Source: an uncultured Acidobacteriota bacterium (GTDB lineage Bacteria; Acidobacteriota; Thermoanaerobaculia; UBA5066; Gp7-AA6). Taken from it: DNA of 64,000 nucleotides. The notes under the pieces are model-generated. The model ran no database searches and had not been told where the DNA came from. It saw only the letters and a program-made list of their open reading frames with translations. The stretch lies in NCBI GenBank assembly GCA_963764715.1, contig CAVXTP010000021.1, positions 160,001 to 224,000 on the forward strand, written 5' to 3'. A program made the position numbers and the translations under genes. Below, in pieces: positions 19,245 through 29,103 of this stretch. Every line of letters begins with the position of its first letter. Within the stretch, counting starts at the first letter, position 1.

Positions 19245-19441
19245 GTGAGGAGTGTCTCCTCACCCGGATGAGGCTCGAGTCCGCGGCGCGCGAAGTCTCC
19301 CGAAGTAACCGAGGGAGGAGGCGCGCGCCGCGGTAGCGAACGCGGAGCGAGGGGGTCAGGCGAGCGGTCGAGCCGGCATCCCGGCGAGCCGCTCGCCGGT
19401 GCGGCCGAAGGCCGCAGACCCCCGAGCGCAGCGTTCGCTAC
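19245..19441. repeat. Highly structured palindromic intergenic element (REP/MITE-like or ncRNA)
   Basis: Nested inverted repeats: GTGAGGAG/CTCCTCAC; CCGCGGCGCGCG/CGCGCGCCGCGG; GTAGCGAACGC/GCGTTCGCTAC enclosing GGGGGTC/GACCCCC and two hairpins. Confidence 0.6.
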
Positions 19442-19857
19442 GGTACTGCCACCTGGTACATCAGCGCGCCGCCCGAGTAGAACGGCATGTAGAACGTGCC
19501 GGCGCAGTTCATGTACGAGCGGCCGTTGACCGACATGCTCGAGCAGCCGACGGGCGGGAGCGTCGTGACGACGGTGCCGACGGCCGGGGCGTACGCGACG
19601 GGCGCGGCGTAATAGACGGGGGCCGGGGCGTAGTACGCCGGCTGGGCCGCGGAGGCCACGGCCGCACCGACCATCGCCCCGCCGATCGCGGCGCCGGCGA
19701 CCGCCGCCCCGGAATAGCCGTGATAGCAGCAGGGCGGGTGGTAGGCGACAGCGACGCCGCCGTGGTATCCGCCGGCGGCGACCCAGGCGCGGGCCGGCGA
19801 CGAAAGCGAAAGGAACGCGGCGGCGGCGAGAAACGCGGCGAGTGCTCGGGTCTTCAT
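19438..19857 (-). CDS. Small secreted Tyr/Pro/Gly-rich hypothetical protein
   Basis: Signal peptide ending ARA; GGAG RBS; downstream of the DUF2092-like gene. Confidence 0.75.
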   Translation of the reverse strand: MKTRALAAFLAAAAFLSLSSPARAWVAAGGYHGGVAVAYHPPCCYHGYSGAAVAGAAIGGAMVGAAVASAAQPAYYAPAPVYYAAPVAYAPAVGTVVTTLPPVGCSSMSVNGRSYMNCAGTFYMPFYSGGALMYQVAVP

Positions 19858-19877
19858 GGAGTGCTCCTGTCCGTTCT

Positions 19878-20672
19878 TTACTGCTTCACGGTCTTCCAGT
19901 CGACCTTCGTCGCGCCGGCCGGCGGCGTGAAGACGAACTGGTCGGCGGGAAGTGTCGGGGCCAGATTCCAGTCGGAAAGCGACGTCACGACCCGCGGCGT
20001 TCCCTTCTCTTTCTTGTAGGTGACGGCGATCCGGCGGGGAAGCGGTTTCGCGCCGTCCTCGATCCAGACCTGCCAGTCGGCGTCGGGCTCGGAGAAGGCG
20101 AGGTGGCGGCAGACGACGCCGTCGATCCGGGCCTCGCCCGCGTCGAACGCCGTCGTCACGCCCTCCATCATCTTGGCGTACGGGTCCTTCAGGAGAAACC
20201 CCGCGGCCGGAAACGGCATCTGGAAGCGGTCCATCAGCATGAGGACCGCTTCGTCGATCGAGGGCGGAGCGTCGGCCTGGCCGTAGAAGGCGCTCTTCGT
20301 GGAGTAGATCGCCATGGTCCTGCCGTCGTACCAGAGCGACGCATCGTGCAGGTCGCCGACCGTGTCGACGCGGAGCTTGTTCGGCCGGGTGGCGGCGACC
20401 GTCGACACGGCGAAGAAGTCGAGCATCGGCCCGTTGACGGAGGGCATCTCCCGGTCGGACACGGCCTTGAAAGTGAAGCTTCCGGCGCCCTTCAGGAGAT
20501 CGCTCATCGCCTTCAGGCGGCCGAGCGCCTCCGGCTCCAGCGGCGGCGGTGGAACGGGCGTCGCCACCGGGGCGGGCGCCGGCGTCTGCGCTGCAGCGGG
20601 AGCGGCGGCCAGCAGGAGGGCCGGGACGGCGGCCCAGGCGGCGGAGAAGCGAATCCGGGAGGGGATTCTCAC
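19878..20672 (-). CDS. DUF2092-like periplasmic (LolA-fold) protein
   Basis: GTG start with AGGAGG RBS, signal peptide; RPNKLR, WYDG, CRHLAF, DWQVWI, LPRR, FVFTPPAGA motifs. Confidence 0.75.
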   Translation of the reverse strand: MRIPSRIRFSAAWAAVPALLLAAAPAAAQTPAPAPVATPVPPPPLEPEALGRLKAMSDLLKGAGSFTFKAVSDREMPSVNGPMLDFFAVSTVAATRPNKLRVDTVGDLHDASLWYDGRTMAIYSTKSAFYGQADAPPSIDEAVLMLMDRFQMPFPAAGFLLKDPYAKMMEGVTTAFDAGEARIDGVVCRHLAFSEPDADWQVWIEDGAKPLPRRIAVTYKKEKGTPRVVTSLSDWNLAPTLPADQFVFTPPAGATKVDWKTVKQ

Positions 20673-20763
20673 GTGACCTCCTGATCGGTTGGGGGTATCG
20701 ACGGTGAGGATTAGATCACGGCGTTCGTTGTAGGCTCTTCGCGACCTTGATTCCGTGGCTGAC

Positions 20764-23172
20764 GTGACTCTCACCACCGGCACCCGTCTCGGGCCCTACG
20801 AAATCGTCGCGCCGATCGGCGCGGGTGGAATGGGCGAGGTCTACCGCGCCCGGGACAGCCGCCTCGGCCGCGAGGTGGCCGTCAAGGTCCTGCCGCAGGC
20901 CGTGGCGTCGGACGGGGACCGGTTGCGCCGCTTCGAGCAGGAGGCGCGCTCCGCCTCCGCGCTGAATCATCCCAACATCGTCACGATCCACGACGTGGGC
21001 CGCACGGAGGGCGTGTCGTGGATCGCGATGGAGCTCGTGGACGGCGCGAGCCTGCGCCAGCTCCTGGCGGGCGGCGCGCTGCCGTCGAAGCAGGCGCTGT
21101 CGATCGGCGCGCAGGTCGCCGCCGGCCTCGCCAAGGCGCACGGCGCGGGCATCGTTCACCGGGACCTGAAGCCCGAGAACGTCATGGTGACCTCCGAAGG
21201 TCTCGTGAAGATCCTCGACTTCGGCCTGGCCAAGTCCGCGCCCGGGCGCGCCGAGGGAAGCCAGGTCCTCACCGCGACGCAGCAGACGAGCGCCGGCGTC
21301 GTTCTGGGGACGGTCGGATACATGTCGCCGGAGCAGGCGACCGGGAAGGCGATCGACTACCGCTCCGACCAGTTCGCCCTCGGCGCCATCCTCTACGAGA
21401 TGGCCTCCGGCCGTCGGCCCTTCCAGCGCGCGACGCCGGTCGAGACGCTTTCGGCGATTCTGAAGGAGGAGCCGGAGCCGCTGTCGACCGTCGGCCCGGC
21501 GGCGCCCGAGGCGCTGACGTGGATCGTCGGGCGGTGTCTCGCGAAGGAGCCGGAGGAGCGCTATCAGTCGACGCGCGATCTCGCGCGCGACCTCGCCGAC
21601 GTGCGGGACCGCACCTCGGGGATCGCGCCGGCGTCCGCAAGGGCGCCGCGGGTCCGCGCCGGCCCCCGCGCCGCGCTCGTCGTGGCGGCGCTGGTTCTCG
21701 CCGCGGCGGCGGCGTTCGTCGCGGTGCGCAGCCGGGCGAAGCCGGCGGCGGAGGGCGCGGTGCGGTCGCTCGCGGTCCTGCCCTTGAAGCCCCTCGGCGG
21801 CGATGCGAGTGACGAGGCGCTGGGCCTGGGGATCGCGGACACGATCATCCGGGGGTTGAGCGGCGCGGGAGCCATTCCCGTGCGCCCGCTGTCGGCCGTC
21901 CGCCGTTACGCGAAGTCGGACACGGACGCGGTGACGGCGGCGAAAGAGCTTCGCACCGATGCCGTCCTCGAGGGCTCGGTGCAGCGGTCGGGAGGCAAGC
22001 TTCGCGTCAGCGTCAACCTCCTCCGGGTCGGCGACGGAAGCTCGATCTGGGCCGAGTCCTTCGACGTGCCGGCTTCGGAGGTCTTCGAGGTCCAGGACAA
22101 GGTCTCGGAGTCCGTCGTCAGCCGCCTGCGCCTCCACCTGGAGCCGGCGCAGCGCGACCGCTTGAAGAAGCGGTACACGGAAAACCCCGAGGCGTACCAG
22201 GAGTTCGTGCTCGGGGCGAGCGAGGAGGACAAGGCGGGGCCGGGCTGGGGCGGCGACCACCTTCGGGAAGCGATCCGTCGCTACGAGCGCGCGGTGGCGC
22301 TCGACCCCGACTACGCCCTGGCGCGTGCGCGGCTGGCCGGGGCGTACCTCTGGGTCGACCTGTTTTTCGAGCCCGGCGCGGGTTACCTCGAAAAGGCCAG
22401 GGCCGCGGCGTCGGAGGCCGAGCGGCTCGACTCGCAGCTCGCCGAGACCCACCTGTTCCGGTATCAGCTGGCCTGGAGCCATTACCAGAACTTCGACATT
22501 CGAACCGCCCTGCGCGAGCTCCGGGCCGCGCTCGCCCTGGATCCCCTGGAAGCGCACGGGGAGCTCGCGATCCTCCATGCGCACATCGGACTCGAAGACG
22601 CCTTCCGTCGCGAGTCGGCCCGCGGGCTGGAGATCGACCCGTCGTCCGACCTGGCGCGGAGGTGGAGCGTGGAGGGGCTCGTGCTCCTCGGGCGTTTCGA
22701 GGAGTCTCTCGCCGCCGCGAGGCAGTTCCAGCTTCCCTTCTCGGAGGTGCGGCTCCCGATGAGCCTTCTCTCGCTCGGTCGCTACGACGAGGCGCGGGCC
22801 GCCACCGAAGCCCTCCTCAAGCAGACTCCGGGGCACCACACCGCAGTGGCCATGAGGGAGCTCGTCGCCGTCGTCTCCGGGGAGCGGCCCGTCGACGAGG
22901 CGGCGATCGCGCACGCCCTCGAGTCGGGCAAGCTCAAGCGCGACTACCACCACACGCTGTACTCCGTCGCGTGCATCCGCGCGGCGCAGGGCGACAGCCG
23001 CGGGTCCGTCGAGATGCTGCGGCGCACCATCGAGGCCGGAATGCCGGACCGGACGCTGTTCCTCGCGGACCCCCTCCTCGCCCGCGTCCGGTCCACGCCG
23101 GAGTTCGCCGCCTTCGACGCCGAGTTCGAGCCGGAGTGGGGCCGGCTCGTCAAAGGCGACTCGGCAAGCTGA
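20764..23172 (+). CDS. Ser/Thr kinase with TM, TolB-N-like domain and TPR repeats
   Basis: Intact kinase motifs; RSLAVLPL...GIADTII TolB-N-like segment; ENPEAYQ / ALDPDYALA TPR-like repeats; alternative GTG at 20755. Confidence 0.9.
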   Translation: MTLTTGTRLGPYEIVAPIGAGGMGEVYRARDSRLGREVAVKVLPQAVASDGDRLRRFEQEARSASALNHPNIVTIHDVGRTEGVSWIAMELVDGASLRQLLAGGALPSKQALSIGAQVAAGLAKAHGAGIVHRDLKPENVMVTSEGLVKILDFGLAKSAPGRAEGSQVLTATQQTSAGVVLGTVGYMSPEQATGKAIDYRSDQFALGAILYEMASGRRPFQRATPVETLSAILKEEPEPLSTVGPAAPEALTWIVGRCLAKEPEERYQSTRDLARDLADVRDRTSGIAPASARAPRVRAGPRAALVVAALVLAAAAAFVAVRSRAKPAAEGAVRSLAVLPLKPLGGDASDEALGLGIADTIIRGLSGAGAIPVRPLSAVRRYAKSDTDAVTAAKELRTDAVLEGSVQRSGGKLRVSVNLLRVGDGSSIWAESFDVPASEVFEVQDKVSESVVSRLRLHLEPAQRDRLKKRYTENPEAYQEFVLGASEEDKAGPGWGGDHLREAIRRYERAVALDPDYALARARLAGAYLWVDLFFEPGAGYLEKARAAASEAERLDSQLAETHLFRYQLAWSHYQNFDIRTALRELRAALALDPLEAHGELAILHAHIGLEDAFRRESARGLEIDPSSDLARRWSVEGLVLLGRFEESLAAARQFQLPFSEVRLPMSLLSLGRYDEARAATEALLKQTPGHHTAVAMRELVAVVSGERPVDEAAIAHALESGKLKRDYHHTLYSVACIRAAQGDSRGSVEMLRRTIEAGMPDRTLFLADPLLARVRSTPEFAAFDAEFEPEWGRLVKGDSAS

Positions 23173-23188
23173 TAGGCTTTTCCCAATC

Positions 23189-25855
23189 TTGTCCCTGTCC
23201 GCCGGCTCGCGACTCGGCCCCTACGAGATCCTCGCCCCCATCGGCGCGGGTGGGATGGGGGAGGTCTACAAGGCGAGGGACACGCGGCTCGAGCGCACGG
23301 TGGCGGTGAAGGTGCTGCCGCAGCACCTGTCGGCGTCGCCGGAAGTCCGCCAGCGGTTCGAGCGCGAGGCGAAGACGGTTTCGCAGCTCTCGCATCCCCA
23401 CATCTGCGCGCTCTACGACGTGGGGCGCGAGGGCGAGACCGAGTACCTCGTCATGGAATACCTCGAGGGCGAGACGCTCTCGGACCGCCTGGCGCGCGGG
23501 TCGCTCCCGCTCTCCCAGACGCTGAAGTTCGGCGTCGAGATCGCCGACGCGCTCGACAAGGCGCACCGGCAGGGGATCGTCCACCGGGACCTGAAGCCCG
23601 GCAACGTGATGCTGACGAAGACGGGCGTCAAGCTCCTCGACTTCGGGCTCGCCAAGGCAATGGCGCCCTCGGCGCCGCCGTCGGGCGCCACGTCGATGCC
23701 GACGATGATGGGCGCGGCCACGGGCGGCAACCTCACGCAGGAAGGCACGATCCTCGGGACGTTCCAGTACATGGCCCCCGAGCAGCTCGAAGGCCGCGAG
23801 GCCGACGGCCGGACGGACATCTTCGCTTTCGGGTGCGTGCTCTACGAGATGGCGACGGGGCGGAAAGCGTTCGCCGGCTCGTCGCAGGCGTCGTTGATCT
23901 CGTCGATCATGAAGGAGGAGCCGGCGCCGGTCTCCTCGGTGATGCCGACGTCGCCGCCGGCGCTGGACCGGGTGATCCGGAAGGCGCTGTCGAAGGACCC
24001 GGAGGACCGGTGGCAGAGCGCGGGGGACCTCGGCAGCGAGCTGAAGTGGATCGCGGAGGGCGGCTCGGCGAGCGGGATCGCGGCGCCGGCGCTCCCGTCG
24101 CGGCGCAAACGCCTCGCCTGGCTGCCGTGGGCGGTCGCCGTCATCCTCGCGGCGGCCGCGTTCGCCGCGGGTGTGCGGGCACGCCGCGCTCCCGAGATCT
24201 CCGTAACGCGCTCCTCGATCGAGCTTCCGCCCGAGATGGATCTCTATCGCTGGACTTCACCCGCGATCTCGCCCGACGGCTCGACGCTGGTCTTCGTCTC
24301 GACGGGAGCCGACCGGAAGCGCCAGCTCTGGGTTCGCCGGATGGACGGCTTCGCCGTGCAGCCCCTCGCCGGGACGGACGACGCCATGGGTCCGTTCTGG
24401 TCTCCCGACGGACAATCGATCGGGTTCTTCGCGGCCCGCAAGCTCAAGCGCATACCGGCCGCGGGAGGTGCCGTGCAGACGATCTGCGACGCGCAGGACG
24501 GTCGCGGCGCCAGCTGGAGCGTCGAAGACTTCATCGTCTTCGCGCCGGCTCCCTTCTCGGGCCTCTTCCGGGTGCCCGCCACGGGCGGCGCCCCGGTGGC
24601 CGTCACGAAAGTGGAAGGCCACGGACGGACGCACCGTCTTCCGTGGTTCCTGCCGGACGGCAAGCATCTGCTCTATCTGTCGGGCACGCAGACGTCGGAC
24701 GTCGACCAGGACACCAGCATCCAGGCGCTCGATCTCGCGACCGGCAAGTCCACACTCGTGGCCCGGGAAAACAGCGAGGGACGCTTCGCCGAACCGGGGT
24801 ACCTCGTGTTCGTGCGCGAGGGAAACCTCCTCGCGCAGCCGTTCGACCGTAAGACGCTGAAGACGACGGGCCCGGCGGTTCCGATCGCGGAAGGAGTGGC
24901 TTTCGAAGCGTTTCGCTGGATCGGGAAGTTCGCGATTTCGAATACGGGAAGGCTGGTGTACCAGTCCAACGAGGCCTTCCGAAAGAGCCGCCTGACGTGG
25001 TTCGACCTCGACGGCAAGCCGCTCGGCGCCGTGGGCGAGGCCACCAACTTCTTCACGGTATCCCTGTCGCCCGACGCGCGACGCGTCGTTGCGACCGTGC
25101 TCGGCAACAAGAACCTGCGGCCCGAGATTCGCCTCTACGACCTCGAAAGAGGCGTCGGATCCCGCTTTACGTTCGGCGTCCAGGGCTCGAATTTCCCGGC
25201 GTGGTCTCCGGACGGAAGCGCGATTGCGTACGGAGACCCGGGGTCCGGCGTCCGCGTGAAAGCTTCCGATGGAAGCTCGGAGTCGAAGCTGGTCTTCGCC
25301 GAGAAGGCGAACATCTGGCCGCTCTCCTGGTCGGCCGATGGCAAGCGCATGCTGCTCCGGCTCCAGGACAACCAGAGCGGAGGCGTCGATCTCTGGGACC
25401 TCCCGCTCGAGGGGGAATCAAAGCCTCGAAAGCTCTTCCCGACGGACCCGGACGAGCTCCAGAACGGCGCGATCTCTCCGGACGGACGGTGGCTCCTGTA
25501 CGTCTCGAACGAGACCGGACGCCGCGAGATCTACGTCGTGCCCTATCCCTCGCTGGGCGAGAAGCGGCAGGTGTCGACGGCGGGGGCCGAATCCGGAGTC
25601 TGGCTCGGCGATAAGGCGATCCTCTACGAACAACCTCCCGAGGGCCGGCTCTTCGTCGTCGACGTCGACACCCAGAACGGGGGACTTCGACTCGGCGCGC
25701 CGCGGCCGATCTTCGGCGGCAAGCCGGCTCCCCGAGGTCCGTTCGACGCGGCGCGCGACGGAAAGCGGCTCCTCTTCGCGGTCCCCGTCGAAGACAGCGC
25801 GTCGGCGCAGATCCGGTTCGTGTCGGACTGGCGGGCCGAGCTTCCGAAAAAGTAG
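23189..25855 (+). CDS. Ser/Thr receptor kinase with PD40/TolB-like beta-propeller
   Basis: [23 protein letters not shown]; TM helix; repeated SPDG blades; TTG start. Confidence 0.92.
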   Translation: MSLSAGSRLGPYEILAPIGAGGMGEVYKARDTRLERTVAVKVLPQHLSASPEVRQRFEREAKTVSQLSHPHICALYDVGREGETEYLVMEYLEGETLSDRLARGSLPLSQTLKFGVEIADALDKAHRQGIVHRDLKPGNVMLTKTGVKLLDFGLAKAMAPSAPPSGATSMPTMMGAATGGNLTQEGTILGTFQYMAPEQLEGREADGRTDIFAFGCVLYEMATGRKAFAGSSQASLISSIMKEEPAPVSSVMPTSPPALDRVIRKALSKDPEDRWQSAGDLGSELKWIAEGGSASGIAAPALPSRRKRLAWLPWAVAVILAAAAFAAGVRARRAPEISVTRSSIELPPEMDLYRWTSPAISPDGSTLVFVSTGADRKRQLWVRRMDGFAVQPLAGTDDAMGPFWSPDGQSIGFFAARKLKRIPAAGGAVQTICDAQDGRGASWSVEDFIVFAPAPFSGLFRVPATGGAPVAVTKVEGHGRTHRLPWFLPDGKHLLYLSGTQTSDVDQDTSIQALDLATGKSTLVARENSEGRFAEPGYLVFVREGNLLAQPFDRKTLKTTGPAVPIAEGVAFEAFRWIGKFAISNTGRLVYQSNEAFRKSRLTWFDLDGKPLGAVGEATNFFTVSLSPDARRVVATVLGNKNLRPEIRLYDLERGVGSRFTFGVQGSNFPAWSPDGSAIAYGDPGSGVRVKASDGSSESKLVFAEKANIWPLSWSADGKRMLLRLQDNQSGGVDLWDLPLEGESKPRKLFPTDPDELQNGAISPDGRWLLYVSNETGRREIYVVPYPSLGEKRQVSTAGAESGVWLGDKAILYEQPPEGRLFVVDVDTQNGGLRLGAPRPIFGGKPAPRGPFDAARDGKRLLFAVPVEDSASAQIRFVSDWRAELPKK

Positions 25856-25865
25856 CGGCTTTCGG

Positions 25866-26363
25866 TTACGCCCAGCGGGACTCGATTTCCGGCGGCTTCG
25901 TCAGCGTCTGCATGACGACGCAGTACTGCTCGGTCTTCTCGGCGAGCGCGCGGAGCTGCTCGGGCGTCGCCTCCGGCGCGTCGATCGCAAAATTCAGCCG
26001 GATCGACTCGAATCCGACGGGGACGTCCTTCGAGATCCCGAGCGTGCCGGCCAGGTCGAGGTCGCCTTCGACCGTCACGGCGATCGACTTCGTCGGTATC
26101 CCCATCGCGGTCGCAACCATCTGGCAGGTCACCTGCGCGCACGCCGCGAGCGCTCCGAGAAGGAGATCCCCCGAGCACGCGCCCGTCCCGGCGCCGCCCA
26201 CGCCGGCGTGCGCCTGGGCCTCGTAGACCGCGCGGCCGATGTCGACCGAGCAGGCGATCGGGGCGCCGGACTCGCCGCCCCTGGCCGTGAGCGTGATGCG
26301 CGAAGAGCCCGGGCTGGCGCGGTACTTGTCCTTGAGGGGCTTCTGGAGAGAGCGCAGGTCCAT
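25866..26363 (-). CDS. OsmC family protein
   Basis: LLLGALAACA and EQYCVV cysteine motifs; GGAGG RBS and upstream TAGAAT. Confidence 0.85.
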   Translation of the reverse strand: MDLRSLQKPLKDKYRASPGSSRITLTARGGESGAPIACSVDIGRAVYEAQAHAGVGGAGTGACSGDLLLGALAACAQVTCQMVATAMGIPTKSIAVTVEGDLDLAGTLGISKDVPVGFESIRLNFAIDAPEATPEQLRALAEKTEQYCVVMQTLTKPPEIESRWA

Positions 26364-26424
26364 GGATCCTCCCGCCTTCGAGGCGCCGATTCTATGCGGC
26401 CCTCCGTTGTACCCTAACCGCTCG

Positions 26425-29091
26425 ATGACGCTGTCCGCCGGAACGAAGCTCGGACCCTACGAGGTCCTCTCACCGCTCGGCGCGGGCGGGATGGGTGAGG
26501 TGTACCGCGCGCGGGACGCCCGTCTCTCGCGCGAGGTCGCGATCAAGGTCCTCCCGGAGGTCGTGGCGAAGGACACCGAACGGCTGGCGCGATTCCGGCG
26601 CGAGGCGCAGGTGCTCGCGTCGCTCAATCACCCGCACATCGCCGCGATCTACGGGCTCGAAGAGGCGGGCGGGATCGAGGCCCTGGTGCTCGAGCTCGTC
26701 GAGGGCGAGACGCTCGCCGAGCGGATCGCCACCGGGCCGGTCCCCGAGGACGAGGCCCTCGAGATCGCCCGTCAGATCGCCCGGGCGCTGGAGGCGGCGC
26801 ACGAGAAGGGGATCGTGCACCGGGACTTGAAGCCCTCCAACGTGAAGCTCGACCCGGCGGGACAGGTCAAGGTGCTCGACTTCGGGCTCGCCAAGGCGCT
26901 CGCGTCCGACGGCTCTTCGCCCGACGTGACCTCCTCGCCGACGCTCACGGCGGCCGCGACGCAGGCCGGCGTCATCATCGGGACCGCGGCCTACATGTCG
27001 CCCGAACAGGCCCGCGGAAAGTCCGTGGACAAGCGCGCGGACATCTGGGCGTTCGGGACCGTGCTCTACGAAATGCTGACGGGCCGCAAGGCGTTCGAGG
27101 GCGAGACCGTGTCCGACACGCTCGCGGCCGTCCTGACGAAGGAGCCGGATTGGGCCGCGCTTTCGGCGGCCACGCCGGCGTCCGTGCGCCGGGTGCTCCG
27201 CCGCTGCCTCGATCGCGACCCGCGGACGCGGATGCAGGACATCGCCGACGCCCGCCTCGAGCTCGACGAGCCGGTCCCGGCCGCCGGCCCGGTCCCGGCG
27301 TCCGCGCCAGGTCGAAAACCGGTAGCGATCGGCTGGGCGGCGGCGGCGATCCTTCTCGCCTTCGCCGCCGCGGCTGGCTGGTGGAAGGCCCTGCAGCCCG
27401 CGCCTCGGCCCCCCGTGCGGGTCACCGGTTTCGCGATTCCCCTGCCGGAAGGGCGCGAGATCCCGTTCGACGACACACCGGTTCTGGATGTGTCGCGGGA
27501 CGGCAATCGGATCGTCTTCGTGGGAGACCACGACGGCCATCGCCAGCTCTTCCTGCGGCCTCGCGACCGGATCGAGGCGAAGGCGGTGCCGGGAACCGAG
27601 GAGGCGTTCAGTCCGTTCTTCTCCCCGGACGGCCAGTGGATCGCGTTCTTCGCCGACGCCAAGCTGAAGAAGATCCCGGCGGAAGGCGGTACGGCGACGA
27701 CGCTCGCCGACGCGACTAACAACCGGGGCGGCGTCTGGCTCGACGACGACACGATCGTTTTCGCGCCGGACTTCACGTCGGGCCTCGTCCGCGTCGCGGC
27801 GAGGGGCGGCAAGCTCGAGACGCTCGCGAAGCCGGACGCCGCGAAGGGAGAACGGTCCTACCGCTGGCCGACCTACATTCCCGGCCGGCCGGGGATCCTG
27901 TTCACGATCGGCCTGCTGTCGGGGCCCGGCAACTACGACGACGCACGCTCGGCGATCTGGGATCCGCGCACGGGGAAGACCGAGGTGATCTACGAGGGCG
28001 GCAGCATGGCCCGCGTCGCGGACTCCGGCCACCTCGTGGTCTGGCGCGGCGGCGGGGCGCTCGGCCTGGCTTTCGACGCGGAGCGGGGCCGGGTCAGCGG
28101 GGAGCCGGTGGTGCTGGCGCAAAAAACGGGCGGCGACGCCTCGAGCGGCGTCGCCTACGCGGCATTCTCGACCAACGGCACGTTCGCCTACGTGCCGTCG
28201 TCGGCGACGGGGGAGCGCCGGCTCTTCCTGACGGACCGGTCCGGGACGACGCGGCCCGTGCCGGTGCCGCCTCGTTCCTACCACCACCCGCGCTTCTCGC
28301 CCGACGGTTCGCGTCTGGCCGTGACGATCGGTCCCGGGCACGGCAACGGCGACGAAATCTGGGTCATCGACATCGCCACGGGGGCCACCGTCCGGCTCAC
28401 GTTCGGGGACGGCAACGGCAACTACTACCCGGTCTGGTCCCCCGACGGCAGGCGGGTCGCCTTCAGCTCGGACCGCGGCCATCAGGGCGTCTATTTCAAG
28501 AACGCCGATGGCTCCGCCCCGGACGAGGCCCTCCTGGCCGAAGCCCGGCCGCAGCTTCCACAGGACTGGTCGCGCGACGGCGCGGTGCTGCTCCTCAATC
28601 AGGGCTTCCCCAACTCCGAGGTTTGGACGGTGACGATGAAGGATCGACACGAAAAAATCGTGGCGGCCTCGGCGGGCGGCGGTACGTTCTCACCGGACGG
28701 CCGCTGGGTGGCGTACTCGACTCTGCCAACGGCCGGCAACTCTCCCCAGGTGGTCGTCGAGCCCGTCTCCGGCGGCGGCGGAAAAGTCCAGGTCACTTCC
28801 GACTACGGGTCCTTCCCCGTCTGGACCGACCGCGAGATCGTGTATCTCGCCCGGCGAAAGGTCATGGCCATGGAGGCCCGCACGACGCCGACCTTCGCGC
28901 CGGGGCCCGTCCGCGAGCTCTTCGAGCATCCGTTCGACCGTGGATCGCTACCCCAGCGCGAGTTCGACGTCACGCGCGATGGCCGGACTTTCGTGTTTGT
29001 GGGCGGCGACGCCACGGTGGTCGGCAATCGCGTCGACGTCGTCGACGGCTGGTCGCTCGCCCGCGAGGCGCCGGCGGGCGGCCGGAGGTAG
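26425..29091 (+). CDS. Ser/Thr receptor kinase with PD40 beta-propeller
   Basis: Start reassigned to [13 protein letters not shown] by paralogy; intact kinase motifs; TM helix; SPDG repeats. Confidence 0.92.
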   Translation: MTLSAGTKLGPYEVLSPLGAGGMGEVYRARDARLSREVAIKVLPEVVAKDTERLARFRREAQVLASLNHPHIAAIYGLEEAGGIEALVLELVEGETLAERIATGPVPEDEALEIARQIARALEAAHEKGIVHRDLKPSNVKLDPAGQVKVLDFGLAKALASDGSSPDVTSSPTLTAAATQAGVIIGTAAYMSPEQARGKSVDKRADIWAFGTVLYEMLTGRKAFEGETVSDTLAAVLTKEPDWAALSAATPASVRRVLRRCLDRDPRTRMQDIADARLELDEPVPAAGPVPASAPGRKPVAIGWAAAAILLAFAAAAGWWKALQPAPRPPVRVTGFAIPLPEGREIPFDDTPVLDVSRDGNRIVFVGDHDGHRQLFLRPRDRIEAKAVPGTEEAFSPFFSPDGQWIAFFADAKLKKIPAEGGTATTLADATNNRGGVWLDDDTIVFAPDFTSGLVRVAARGGKLETLAKPDAAKGERSYRWPTYIPGRPGILFTIGLLSGPGNYDDARSAIWDPRTGKTEVIYEGGSMARVADSGHLVVWRGGGALGLAFDAERGRVSGEPVVLAQKTGGDASSGVAYAAFSTNGTFAYVPSSATGERRLFLTDRSGTTRPVPVPPRSYHHPRFSPDGSRLAVTIGPGHGNGDEIWVIDIATGATVRLTFGDGNGNYYPVWSPDGRRVAFSSDRGHQGVYFKNADGSAPDEALLAEARPQLPQDWSRDGAVLLLNQGFPNSEVWTVTMKDRHEKIVAASAGGGTFSPDGRWVAYSTLPTAGNSPQVVVEPVSGGGGKVQVTSDYGSFPVWTDREIVYLARRKVMAMEARTTPTFAPGPVRELFEHPFDRGSLPQREFDVTRDGRTFVFVGGDATVVGNRVDVVDGWSLAREAPAGGRR

Positions 29092-29103
29092 GGCGCCGCC
29101 GCG

